In this document: positions 29,898 to 42,995 of the stretch, in pieces
Layout: each line of letters begins with the position of its first letter
How positions within the stretch are numbered: the stretch's first letter is position 1
Assembly: GCF_006345805.1 (NCBI RefSeq)
Contig: NC_043015.1
Span: 7,440,001-7,504,000 of the forward strand
Origin: Octopus sinensis
Lineage: Eukaryota
Direction: 5' to 3'
Length of the DNA: 64,000 bases
The notes under the pieces: generated by a model
Seen by the model: only the letters and a program-made list of their open reading frames with translations
Told to the model about the DNA's origin: nothing
Database searches by the model: none
Position numbers and translations under genes: made by a program

Positions 29898-30992
29898 CTT
29901 GCGTGTATGTATGGAGGTATATCAAAGTTTTAAAGATTATAACAAAATTTCATTAACACCCACAATCACACATTCCCACTGACTCGTGCACATACTCCCT
30001 CAAAGAGTCTCGTAGAGTGAAAATTATCTGTTTTGGATTTCTTCATAACCGCCTAACTTACACTCTCGCGTTGGCGTCCGAGAATTACAATTAAATAATC
30101 TTTCATTTCCTGAATTATGACAAAATTCTGCCTGAAAATTGCTGCTGGAAAGCCTTGAACGAAATAATACAAAAAAAAAAAAAGTACGCAACTGACAATA
30201 AAGTACTCTGAGTTGAGATAGTTATATTTTGTTTGCGCATATTTATTTAGCTTAATGTATTCAAAAATAATTATACGCCAAAATGATTCATTTACTTGCC
30301 ATCATTTCTGAAAGTCTACAAAATCAAATGATTTATCTAATTAACATAGGACTTGGAAAACGCACAACAAATAATTGATGTGTAACTTAAAAATTTCCGA
30401 GTCTTGTTTTAATTTTCATTGATGTTCTTTCGAATCGAAATTAATTTTAATTATGGTGATTATAATAGAATTAATAGCAAAAAATCACGAAAGCTTGGAT
30501 TAGGCGATTTATGCGATGACTTCTAACGTGACATATAATTTGATGCGTCTAAAGTGTGATTCTGGTTTAACAAATATTAGTTTTCTTGAGAATTTTAATA
30601 TCACTTTTATATTTTCGTGATTTTGATATTCAAAATAAATGAGGGTTAATGTAGTATTAATGTCAACTAACTACAGAGGTAAAATGAAAGAATAAAAAAA
30701 TAATCTGAGTAAACAAGTATGCACATACAAATTCAGATGGTCACATAAGCATTCACACACACACACACACACATATTCATATATATATAATTATAAACAA
30801 AGGCAAAAAGATTATATACCAATATGCTGAGTATAGACTTAAAATCGTCAATCACCACATTACAATATACATTCACCATGAATACATATCGTGCTGAAAT
30901 ACCTTTAAAATTATTTGAATATGCTACCACTTTGATCAAATTTGTTTTGGAAAATTTCTTATCCTATATTAGAAGTATATATATATATTGTG

Positions 30993-31067
<75 letters not shown>

Positions 31068-31748
31068 CATATGTATGTGCTAGGCAATTGTACATACAAG
31101 CACACTCCTACATAGCTGTGGAAAATAGAGTCTACAGTGACCATTTTAAATGACTATATTCATTCCATTGACGCAGCCTTCTTCCGATTTGCAACATTAA
31201 GGCACAAAACAAATTCAACAACACAGTTTCGTGCAATATGTGATATTCTAGGCATTGCAATTTTCCTTCTCAAAGCTCAATTTTTGTAGGACGGACATAT
31301 GGTTCTCATGAAAAACACCCGTTTACCTACCTAAAGGCATCATTTATTATCAGCTCAGCTTTGAAAACCAGCAGGAATGTTCTCCGGTGTATCTCCAAAT
31401 AATGTATACAACCGGATCAGCAAATCCGTGATAGGTCTGAAAATATTCATGAGGTGACACAGCAAATCATGTCATTAAGATCATTTTGTAGCTTCGATTC
31501 GTCTTTTCTCGATTATGGTTATACCTACCTACCTACCTACCTACCTACCTACCTGTGTGTGTGTGTTTGTGAGTGTGTATGCGTGCTAGAGAGATAAATA
31601 TCATTTGATGTACGTATTGTAAAGATAGGAACTGGCCAAAGTTCCTTGCTCTGGAGACGCGAGTCTAGACATGTTCTTTATACCACGTCTTGGAGACGAA
31701 AGATATGTTATAAAAATCTGCCTAGAATCTGAACCAAAAATTATTAGT

Positions 31749-31794
<46 letters not shown>

Positions 31795-31800
<6 letters not shown>

Positions 31801-31843
31801 GAAATAAGGTACTCAGAAATCTGGATGGCTTTTATTTACAGAT
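31795..31843 (+). mobile_element. Solo terminal fragment of the palindromic element at 37528-37799
   Basis: (TA)n followed by ttagaagaaataaggtactcagaaatctggatggcttttatttacagat, versus ttagaagaaatgaggtaatcagatcggatggtttaatttacagat at 37528. Confidence 0.7.
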
Positions 31844-32699
31844 TTGTATCAAATTTGGAGATTCTACTAGAGTAATGCAAGCACTAATATATGATTTATA
31901 AAAACAAGTGACGTTAATAAAAATATGCTTATATATACATATATACGTAGATCCTGAAGCAAGAAATTATTAGCATGATATGTATATATACACATATATA
32001 TATGTGTGTGGGTGTGTGTGCGTATGTGTGTCTGTCTGTCTGTGTGTATAGACACCTATATATATGGAAGCTGTTATTTCTATAATTATACATTGCCCAC
32101 ATTACACACATACACGCATACACATACTCACACATATGAACTTATAATATACAAATGTTTGTATGTCATTCTTTTTATTATTACACTATAACAGAAAATT
32201 GTGCCAGTCTTGTTCCAGTTCTTAATTACTAGGCTTGAAATCAATACAAACTCCAAATCTGAAGTTTAAATCTCCCACTTTTTACATTAATCATTGGTCT
32301 AATATTGTAACCGCTTTGTTATTTTGTATCTTTCTTCCGGTATTTATCGCTTGAACTCTCTATAAGTATACTATTGTTATCTTTAATCCTATTTCCTCTG
32401 CCAATTCATTTCTAGTTGGCTATTTCATACTTCTAAGTTTCTTTTCTTTACCTCATGTTTTCTAGTTGCTATTCTTTCAGTAACATCACCGTTCTATCTT
32501 TTTAATTTCAGAACATTGTTACCGCCAGCACAACCACTAAAATAACAATTTCGAATACCAACACTATCACCAAACAAAACTACGGCTACCCTTAACCAAG
32601 TAGGTTTCTATACTGCCGAAACCAAGCGCTGTACTTCATCGACTGTTACTCTGTTGGGCATTAAAATCAAAACTACCTTTCCCTCTTTCGTTGCCTATT

Positions 32700-33030
32700 T
32701 ATCATCATCATCACCATCATCATCTTATATCATAATCATGATCATTGCTCATCACCGCTAACACCACCGCGACCGACACCGTCATCCTCATCGTCGTCGT
32801 CATCATCATCATCGTCAACGTCATCGAAATTATTACCATCATCATCATCATCATTATCATATCATCATCATCATCATCAGCAGCAGCAGCAGCAGCAACA
32901 GAACCAGAACCACCACCACGACAACCTCCACCGCCACTAACACTACCACATCTACTACCACCACCACACCTCCCACCACCACCACCACCACCACAACCAC
33001 TAAAACAGCCACTACCACCACCATGATGAT
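32700..33030. repeat. Compound trinucleotide repeat (CAT)n-(CGT)n-(CAG)n-(CAC)n
   Basis: Direct reading. Confidence 0.9.
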
Positions 33031-33034
33031 AATT

Positions 33035-33345
33035 GGTTCGCTTCCATCGGCAACTTCTTGTTCTCCTACCGGAATTGGATTGCTAGATCTTTTACGCTCC
33101 ATCCTGCAACCTTAGGTAACTGGAAGACGTAGCTGTGCCAAGCCTGCAGGCTGTTAGTAGCATCAGGAGATTCAACTCGATGTTCAGCATTTTCAAACAA
33201 GCATTCAAATATCTTGCTACTGTTCCGAAATATTGTATTGAAATTAGGATATTGGTAACTTCATCACAATTCCAGACACATTGAAGATCATATTGCAGAT
33301 CTTGGTATTCTCTGTTCTCCCAGTGTCTTGCCAACTATACTTCTG
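33035..33345 (-). mobile_element. R4/Dong-like (RLE-type) non-LTR retrotransposon, decayed 3' end
   Basis: Minus ORF 33092-33334 reads EYQDLQYDLQCVWNCDEVTNILISIQYFGTVARYLNACLKMLNIELNLLMLLTACRLGTA, resembling the R4-clade C-terminus KY.DL..E..R.W....V...P..IG.LGTV...L...L..L.I......LQK..LLGTA.ILR. Confidence 0.6.
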
Positions 33346-33451
33346 TCCTATCGAACGAGCAAACATCTTCAAATAACATAAATAGATTGATTCATATATT
33401 ATATATATATTGCCTATAGATATGTGTATGTGTGTGTATATATATAAATGC

Positions 33452-33484
<33 letters not shown>

Positions 33485-33621
33485 GGTGTGTATATATATA
33501 TATATATATATATGTGTTTGTGGGTGTGTGTGTACACACACACATATATATATATATATATTATATGTGTGTGTGTGGGTGTGTGTGTACATATATATAT
33601 ATATATATATTTATTCTTCTA

Positions 33622-33808
33622 TTCTTTTATTCTTTTATATGTTTCAGTCATTTGAATGCGGCTGTGGTGGAGCACAGCCTTTAGTCGAACAAATCGACAC
33701 AGAACTTATTATTTGTAAGCCTAGTAGCTATTCAATCAATTACTTTTGCCGAACCGCTACGTTACGGGTACGTACACACACCAACATCGGTTGTCATGTG
33801 ATGGTAAG

Positions 33809-33846
<38 letters not shown>

Positions 33847-33960
33847 CAGGCTTCTTTCAGTTTCCGTCCACCAAATCCACTCACAAGGTTTTAATCGGCC
33901 CAAAGCAACTGTAGAATGATGTGGTTCGTAAGCAAACTACTTACAACACAGCCACTCCTA
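33622..33960 (-). mobile_element. SINE family A with a ~45 bp deletion in the head; flanks the Tc1 element
   Basis: Tail tcttttatatgtttcagtcatttga... through head end ttacaacacagccactccta. Confidence 0.85.
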
Positions 33961-34254
33961 TATGTATACACTGGCCAAAATAAGTTTAATACCAATGATG
34001 ACAATTTTATTCCTTCATTAAGTTATTTTTAACAAATCTGTATAAAATTACTTTATGCTTTTACAGTTTTTGTAGATTATTTTATTTCGAATGATATAGG
34101 CATTATATATCTTTCTACAATTTGAGTAATTTTAATGCACGATTAATTCAAATGATTAAAAATTGTCGGCGAAATAAGTTTAAGACTGTACCAACATTAT
34201 TTTGCTTAAATTGAAAAGTTACGCTATAAATGATCAACGAACAAAAAGTTATTA

Positions 34255-34718
34255 CTAGTATCTAATTCCGTAGCCACTATTTGCAATTACGGCTTTTACA
34301 ATGGCGGGACATCGAGTTCGACAAATGAGCACGAAATCACTTGGAATGTTCTGCTATGTTACTTGAATAAAATTATATAATTGGGATAATTTTGTAGTTT
34401 TTTTTTAGCATGAACTCTTTTAGAAACATAATTCCATAAACCTTCTATCGGATTCAAATCCGGACTATGCGGAGGCCATTTAATAACCACCATATTATTG
34501 CGCTCTAATATTTCCAAACCTTCCTAGCTTTATGAACGGGGTAATTGTCTTGCTTGAAAATAGGTCACGGTGGCGTCTGATTTTTTAAAATATGGCAGTA
34601 CGTTTTCATTTACTAATTGTAGATAGCCTACACTGTTCAGTCTGTCATCAACCTCAACAACTGGACAAACACCCAAGCTGCTCAACGAGGCCCACAACAT
34701 TACCCCACCCCCTTTCAT
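34255..34718 (-). pseudogene. Tc1 transposase catalytic-domain C-terminal half, frameshifted
   Basis: MKGGGVMLWASLSSLGVCPVVEVDDRLNSVGYLQLVNENVLPY, then after frameshifts QDNYPVHKARKVWKY and WPPHSPDLNPIEGLWNYV. Confidence 0.88.
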
Positions 34719-35495
34719 AAAGCTAGTAACGTTTTACAATATTTGAGCGCAATAATATGGTGGTTCTTAAATGGCCTCCGCAGAGCTCATATTTGAATCC
34801 GATAGAATGTTTATGGAATTATGTTTCTAAAAGTGTTCATGCTAAAAAACTACAAAATTGCCCCAATTATATAATTATATTAAAGAAATATGGCAACATT
34901 CCAAGTGATTTTGTGCTCATTTGTCGAACTCGATGTCCCGCCATTGTAAAGGCCGTAATTGAAAATAGTGTCTATGACACTAGATACTAATAATAAATTT
35001 TTGTTCGTTGATCATTTATACCGTAATTTTTCAATTTAAGCAAAATAATGTTGGTACAGTCTTAAACTTATTTCGCCGACAATTTTTAATCATTTGAATT
35101 AATCGTGCATTAAAATTATTCAAATTGTAGAAAGATATATAATGCCTATATCATTCGAAATAAAATAATCTACAAAAACAGTAAAAACATAAAGTAATTT
35201 TATACAGATTTGTTAAAAATAACTTAATGAAGGAATAAAATTGTCACCATTGGTATTAAACTTATTTTGGCCAGTGTATACATATAGGAGTGGCTGTGTT
35301 GTAAGTAGCTTGCTTACCAACCACATGACTCCTCTTTCAGTCTCACTACGTGGCAGGTAGTGGGAGTGCCTTCTACTATAGCTGCGGGCCGGTCAAAACC
35401 TTGTGAGTGGATTTGGTTGACGGAAACTGAAAGAAGCCTGCCGTATGTGTGTGTGTGTGTGTGTGTGTGTGTACCCTTCCCATCGCATGACAACC
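34714..35495 (+). repeat. Inverted duplicate of 33789-34536 (Tc1 3' part, TIR, TA and flanking SINE head)
   Basis: Reverse complement aligns across the whole arm; plus ORF 34757-34990 (LKWPPQSSYLNPIECLWNYV) mirrors the minus-strand transposase. Confidence 0.92.
35286..35495 (+). mobile_element. SINE family A 5' half (part of the inverted duplicate)
   Basis: aggagtggctgtgttgtaagtagcttgc...gacggaaactgaaagaagcctg..catcgcatgacaacc. Shares private variants with the 33622 copy (gtgttgtaag, aaaaccttgtg, catgacaacc). Confidence 0.85.
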
Positions 35496-37357
35496 ATATG
35501 ACCACCCATTTCGTTTATTAATTTGCTTAATCTTGCACGGTCTTAAACTTATTTTGCCAATAATTTCTAATCATTAGAACTGATTGTGCATTAAAATTCT
35601 TCGAATTGCTGAAAGACTTATAACACCTCTATCATTCGAAAGAGGAAAAAAATTCTATATAAACAGTACAAGTAAAATAATTTTATACAGTTTTGTTAAA
35701 AAGTATATTGATGAAGGAATGGAACTGTCATCATCAGTGTTAAACTTATTTTGGCCGGTGTATATGTATATGTAACATATGGTATAATTATAAACGGAGC
35801 AAAATTTTAGCCATTTCTCCGCAGACTAAAAAAAAAATGATGATCAACCTTAATCGATTTTCGCATCTTATTAAGTTCTCATCAGAGGGATCCACATCAT
35901 CCTACAGTCTTCAGTGAAACAAGTAGCCAAACTGTTTATATACTCACAAATACAGCAATTATTCAATAAACGAGTCCTTAATTTACAAACCGAAAGTGTT
36001 TAACACTATAAATATTAGCGACCTGTCAACTGAGTTCTTAGTCCACACACTCAAACATAACATCTATATTATAATGGAAAAAGCTGCTTGTTAATTAGGT
36101 TTTTAACAGTTACTAAAAGAAAGCAATCATCAACGGCTTTCTCGTCTGGAATTTTTTTATAAATTCATGCTTCAAGAAAATTCCTGTATTTCCAATTTCT
36201 GAAGCATATTGAATATTTGAACTACAAGTTTGTTACAAATTAACATATTCATTGCATTTACTGTGGAGTAGATTTTAATGTTTAATAAACAATAGTCGTT
36301 GCAGGCGAAATTGTCCATTTTCATTTGTAACAGTCTCTCACACTCTCTGGACTCTATTTTCATTAATGATAATTTAATATATCTTCATTCCAATGTTTTC
36401 ATTTCACGTTCACTATTTGCCAAAGCTACAGTTATATAATATTAAAAAAATTATTTATTGAATGAATGAATGCTATTTGCCAGAATAGATGTATCGCTTT
36501 GAGTCTTATGATAATATCAGTTCCCAGATTTTGTTAAATGTATATTTTTGCTAAAATGAAAATTTCTTAATATAAAGGTATATATTGTTTTAAATTCAGA
36601 AGTGGTTTTGTTGTTATGGCTGTTTGGAACGCCATCGGCCTTACAATAATAACTATTTATTAGCACACTAAACGTTGTTGGGTTACCTTGAAGTTTGCTT
36701 AAGTTACAGATATATATTACAACTACGATAAATTACTGAAACACATATTTACTAAGCAAGTGATATTTTTCTTATAAATTGAAGTTTTCAGGAAAATTTG
36801 CTTTCTGAACTTACTTTTATTATTGAACGTTTCAAGTTCACAAATCTAAATATTCGGTACGATTTTTTCATTTCATGTTTATTTCATTCATTTTTGCAAT
36901 GTTTACCCTCCCCCTCTTTCACACACGCTGTGTGTCTAATATAAGAACGCACACTGCTCCTTCCATATAAACACACACACACACACACACACACACGCGT
37001 GCGTGCATACACACTATATTTGCTTTCGTTATTACAAAAATATTAAATTAAAATGTTGTAATTCCTCATGGGGCGTCCCCAAAAAATATGCGACTGAAAA
37101 TATCAATGTGAAAGTATTATCAAGTGTCTTTCAGAAAACCGCCCGGAGGTGGGTCTTTCTACCAGTATATATAATGAAATTAACGATGATCAAGTGAACT
37201 GATATTTGCACATCCATATAATATACAATTATTTGCATTGTTCTTCGCTTCGACCTACGTACATTTCGGCTGCAACCGTTCTAAGAATTAATGCAGTAAC
37301 CACCAAGATTTCATATCACTTGAAACCAGTTTTGGAAATATTATTATGGATATATAT

Positions 37358-37421
<64 letters not shown>

Positions 37422-37452
37422 ATCGTAAATATGAGGGTAATAAAAATATATA

Positions 37453-37496
<44 letters not shown>

Positions 37497-37527
37497 AGGT
37501 TTGGAGATGATGTACAGGTATTATATA

Positions 37528-37793
37528 TTAGAAGAAATGAGGTAATCAGATCGGATGGTTTAATTTACAGATATTTATTTATATATTACATTTTGTACAT
37601 ATATATCATATCACTGAGATCAATAGCGCTTTCTCCCATTCTAGTGGGTTTTTTTTTCTTTTCGATTTGAAAACCCCACTAGAATGGGAGAAAGCGCTAT
37701 TGATCTCAGTGATATGATATATATGTAAAAAATGTAATATATAAATAAATATCTGTAAATATAAGCCATCCGATCTTCTGATTACCTCATTTC

Positions 37794-37799
<6 letters not shown>
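37528..37799. mobile_element. 272 bp palindromic (fold-back/MITE-like) element in a (TA)n tract
   Basis: Arms ~37528-37648 and ~37675-37799 are near-perfect reverse complements around a ~26 bp T-rich spacer. Related terminus at 31795. Confidence 0.85.
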
Positions 37800-37833
<34 letters not shown>

Positions 37834-38382
37834 GTATAATTAGAAATTATATGAAAGTATGAACATTATACACAAGTGAGTTTGTAATAAAGGTTTGATT
37901 ATTATAGTTCCTTTCTACTGTTGTAGTGTCGGGTCATCCACATATAACATAGCATAGCTATGATCAAAGTGACCCAACGAGGATAAACTTATCACCTACA
38001 ACCTATATCTCGTGTGTTTTGAGAGAATTTAGTAGTTAATTCTGTTAACCCACTTCAACAAGTTGGAGATTTAACTTGGTAAATTTTATAGATAGGTTAC
38101 TAATACGCTTCATATAAAGTCACTAGTTAAAATATTCTCGTCTTTAAGGTTACATATGTGATTTAGCTCTTGAGCATGATCTTATTAAAGGTATGTTGCA
38201 CTTGTAGATACTCAAATATTCGTTTTACATACAATTTTCTGTAAAGCATTAACATTTGCTAAGCATTGGTAAGGAACAAGCACTGACATTAACGATTTTG
38301 TTATTCCTTTCTAAGAATGTCAAAATATTTGAGCGGAATTTCATTTTGTGAGGCAAATAATACATACATACAAACATACAAA

Positions 38383-38456
<74 letters not shown>

Positions 38457-39139
38457 AATATACACCTGTGTATGTATATAAGTATATATTTGTAATGTAT
38501 ATCTATATATCCATCCATCCATATATATATATATATTATAATGTATATACATACAGAGAGGGAGAAAATGAGAGACAGAGAAACAGAAAGCGGGGTATAT
38601 AGATATATGTATGTATATGTGAGTGTGCGTGCTTCTGTATGTGTGTCTGTGTGAAGAAAACACAAGGATAACTTATTGTGCTGATTCTATTTGCGCAATA
38701 CGCATCCATATATATTCAGGAAGATAAATTATTACTGATGCATATTTTATCAAGATTTGACATATCGGTATATACATTTATATGCATCTGTATACAAATT
38801 CACGATTATATCAAATCTTGCTGACATATATATATCAGCTATATTTTATCATACTGAATAATCATGATCGTGTTGCAGCACCTCAGTATATCTGAGTACA
38901 CACGTGTTAGGCTGTGGTATCCCTGTGTTCGTCTGAATGTGCATGAGTACATATAGCTATGTGGGTTTGTGTGCGTGTATGCATAATCGTAATCGTGCAT
39001 GTGAGTGTGAAAATTTTACGTGCTTATATTTGTATGAATGCATGCATGTATGTATGTATCTCTGACACTGTCTATTTGTATCTATCTCTCTCTTTTTACA
39101 CACACAGACACACGAATGCACACGCACATATTCATCCAT

Positions 39140-39892
39140 GGCTGGGCTGAAATGTTCATAGATTGATTATGAAGGAGTAATGCTAGAGCAGTGAAATCTT
39201 GTGTGTATGAATTTAAACACTTCGTATTAGTAACTGCATTTATTGCTTTTCTGGTAGATTTATATCCGACTGTTCTGAGAAGAAAATTTTTCACGGAGGT
39301 ATTGCCAACAGTGAAAAAGTAGAAGAGGGAGTTTTGAAAATTCGCAACTGCCACCACCGAATAAAATATTCATACTGTTCAACACACGGTGATGGATGAC
39401 AGGCGATGGTCTAAAAATCAAATATCAAAGCTATGAATATATCCTGCGAGAGACTCGGAAATATTGTGCAAAAGTAATTTGGCGTGACGAAGGTCTCCAC
39501 TCGGTGGGTGCCAAGTCTCGGTTACATGACCAAAGGCGTACCATAGCGATCACATCACGGAAAATCTGCCATTGTTTGAGGCAGAGGTAGCCGGTTTGAT
39601 TCAACGTTTCCTATGCAGTGGAAACACCCCACTAAAGAAGGCCCAGGTCGTTCCATCTACTGGTAAGGTGATGACCTCAGTCTTTTGGGATGCAAACGAC
39701 ACTGAACCTTATGGCAATCGTCAATGCAGAATGCTTTGCCAAATTGGTGAGACAGTTACGAAGGGATATGAAGAACAAGGGCAAGAAAAACTGACGAAAG
39801 AGATCTTGTTTAATTAGGAGAAGCCTTCAGCACACAACATTTTGGTTTCGATGACTCTAGTGCGTGACTGTTGTTTGAGCTGTTTGATCATA
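39140..39892 (+). mobile_element. mariner-family transposon, decayed
   Basis: Frameshifted motifs ATATTE.NI..V...VMDDRR, KVSTRWVPSL (WVPxxL motif, ~39490-39519) and PLKKAQVVPSTGKVMTSVFWDA. TIR-like start gggctgaaatgttcatag. Confidence 0.85.
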
Positions 39893-42029
39893 TAAGCTTT
39901 TGAACGTCTCGGCTGACTCTCTGATGTGCGTGCATATATGTTTTCATTCGTATTACATACACTCATATAAACACTCATGTCGTAATGTAGGCTTGTACGT
40001 TCTTCGACGAATCTTTTGTAAAAGAGACGCTGTTAGTTGTAAAGATATAGAAAACCCGACTTCGCGAGTTTAGTTTCTAGCTGTTTGGAACATCATCACA
40101 TGGAAACTTTATGCTACTTTTGAAACCTTCTTGATGACAAACCTTACATAGGGTTTGTCTTCTTGATGTGCATGTAGAGGTCCCTCCCCGAGAAGAATAT
40201 TTGAAATTCTGTAACGAATATCACATGATAACCTAACTGACATCAATAATGTACAGAATGTTACAGCCAACAAAAGTAATGGAAAATGCTTGCTCCGACT
40301 TTTCTAGATAAATGGTTAAATATCGTGTGACAAGCTATCATCTAGTCTGTTGCTTCCAATTCAATGTGAGGTTCTGTTGAAATTTAGAGCCCAGATTTTA
40401 GAGTCATTAACTTAAAAATTAGTTACACAACTATCTATCTACATATGTACCAACTTACTTACCAGCCTATTCACTATTTTTCAACCCCTATGTATGTATG
40501 TATGTGCGTGTGTGAATCTAAATTCTCTCTCTCTGTATACACACACACACCCACATACATACATACATATACATGCATACGTATGTATGTACGTGTGTAT
40601 GTGTTGTGTGGAAGTAGAACACCCCTATTGGTTGGTTCCTAATATATGGACTGTGCCACAATATAAACTGACATACACAGAGAGCCTTCAGCGGTGTGGA
40701 TCAGAACATAGCCGAGAGTTGCGTATTTTCGAGGTTTATTACCAGTGTCAAGACTAGAACGATTTGCAATGAAATTATTATTATTATTACATCGTATACT
40801 ATTATTGCTATATCGTACGTCGAACGTACGATACAACAGTATGTTTGTATGTATAATTATGTGTGTCTCCCTAATAAGTGATACAATAGCTTAGCGCTTG
40901 CTGACAGAATCCTTGGCTGGAAAATATTCATATTATACCTTGTACGATGCATTTTGATATTACAATGTATAGAATCATATTTGTTCTGAAATTTTCCCTG
41001 ATAATCAATGCAAGCTGGAGTAGTTATCCGGCATTTCACATTGGATAAAATTTTAATTTAAATATTCTAAGCAATTTCAATAAACATGAATAATACGCAA
41101 GGAAAGAGGGAAATCATAGCATGATATGAAATTAGTAAGTTTGTCTCTTAAGTATTGAATTATATACATCTTATGTATTCCTATAATTTCTCTTCATATC
41201 TAAAAATTGGTCTTTGTTGTAGATTTATTAATTATATTCCTATATCAACAGAATACTACAAAATTCGCCCAGCAAATTTCATTTTAGCTTATGATAAAGT
41301 ATGAATTTTGTTTATCGCTTGTATTATTAATGCGAAATTATATTACTGGTGGAAATTGAATTAAGTACAGTCTATATTTGAATTTATAAATAACTGACAC
41401 CTTAGTAAAGAATAGAAAGGCACTTAGGTAAAAATTAAGAGTGCTTCGATGAAAATTTATTAGACATAGAATAAGAAAATATAACTTAACATAAACATAC
41501 TTTCCGTTGTGAATTATGATTTTGAGAAAGTTTCCATTTAACTACCATTAGATGATGTGTACTGCGGCACTGTATAACCGTTAATTGCATAACACAAGAT
41601 TATCTCATTCATTCATTTCGGTAATATATCATTTATGTTTAAATTTAAAATAGATTTCCTCGTAAATGGATATTAAGAATTAAATGTTTTATACTAAAGA
41701 GAAATTTTAATATAAGTGAGTTTATAACATATAGTTATGTTATATGAAAAATTATAGTGAAATATCAACTTCATATATTTAATATCAATTTCAATATATT
41801 TTATAGTATATGATACTATAGTGTCATAGTACTATATCATTTATAGTATATAATATGATAATGTGATAATAATATATGCGTTAACGGGACGGACAATAAT
41901 CGGTGTCAATGGTGATACAATATACACTTCGGTATCAAAAATTTATCCGCAATTAGTATATCGTGAGAGTCTATCCTTATTGTCAAATATTAGAAACAGA
42001 CGCAATGAAACACCTAATTTATGTTTTGG

Positions 42030-42434
42030 TACTCTTTTACTCTTTTACTTGTTTCAGTCATTTGACTACGGCCATGCTGGAGCACCGCCTTTAGTCGAGC
42101 AAATCGACTCCGGAACTTATTCTTTGTAAGTCCAGTACTTATTCTATCGGTCTCTTTTTCCGAACCGCTAAGTGACGGGGACGTAAACACACCAGCATCG
42201 GTTGTCAAGCAATGCTAGGGGGACAAACACAGACACACAAACATATACACACACACACACGTATATATATATATATACATATATACGGCAGGCTTCTTTC
42301 AGTTTCCGTCTACCAAATCCACTCACAAGGCATTGGTCGGCCTGGGGCTATAGCAGAAGATACTTGCCCAAGATGCCACGCAGTGGGACTGAACCCGGAA
42401 CCATGCTACTTACCACACAGCCACTCCTGCGCCT
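42030..42434 (-). mobile_element. SINE family A, near full length
   Basis: tactcttttactcttttacttgtttcagtcatttgac...gggactgaacccggaaccatg..ttaccacacagccactcctgcgcct. Confidence 0.92.
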
Positions 42435-42725
42435 ACGTTTATATTTATAAACGATTATTATTCATATTCGAGAAATCGGTATATTTACTCTGACCTGATA
42501 TTTAGAATCACCATAGCATTAGAAGTACAGAAAGATACGGTAGTGTATTTAATTCAGGAGTATGTAAGTATGATATTCATTATGATCAACATTGTTATAC
42601 TAAATCTAACATAAACGATACTGATTAATGTAGTCGAGAAAACAAAAAGAAAAGAAAATATTTTGCACTTTCAATTATAATTATTTCAGGAGTTTTATGA
42701 AGCCACTAATATTTTCTGATGCAAT

Positions 42726-42940
42726 GGCGGCGAGCTGGCAGAAACGTTAGCACGCCGAGCGAAATGCTTAGCGGTCTTTCGACTGTCTTTACGTTCTGTG
42801 TTTAAATTCTGCCGAGATCGACTTTGCCTTTCATCCTTTTGGAGTCGATAAAATAAGTAGCAGTTCCGTACTGGGGTTGATCTAATGGACTGGGCCCTTC
42901 CCCACAAAATTTCGGGCCTTGTGACTAGAGAAGAAAAGAA
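42726..42940 (+). mobile_element. SINE family B (tRNA-like head, core, tail type 1)
   Basis: ggcggcgagctggcagaaacgttagcacgcc..gtttaaattc..tcgactttgcctttcatcctttt ggagtcgataaaataagta..ctggggttgat..aaatttcgggccttgtgactagagaagaaaagaat. Confidence 0.85.
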
Positions 42941-42955
42941 TATATTCTCATGGGT

Positions 42956-42995
<40 letters not shown>

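Larger units (their letters stand above)
33969..35760 (-). mobile_element. Tc1-family DNA transposon (IR/DR type), rearranged and non-autonomous
   Basis: Ends are TA|cactggccaaaataagtttaa and ttaaacttattttggccggtg|TA. The ~220 bp TIRs each carry an outer and an inner direct repeat (ggccaaaataagtttaa / ggcgaaataagtttaa). Minus-strand transposase remnants: KGGGVMLWA, LNSVGY, QDNYPVHKA, WPPHSPDLNPIEGLW. Confidence 0.9.

Noticed and set aside
32745-33026. Poly-Ile/Ser/Ala/Pro ORF resembling a low-complexity transcription-factor or formin segment
   Set aside because: Entirely trinucleotide repeat, with no domain or exon context.
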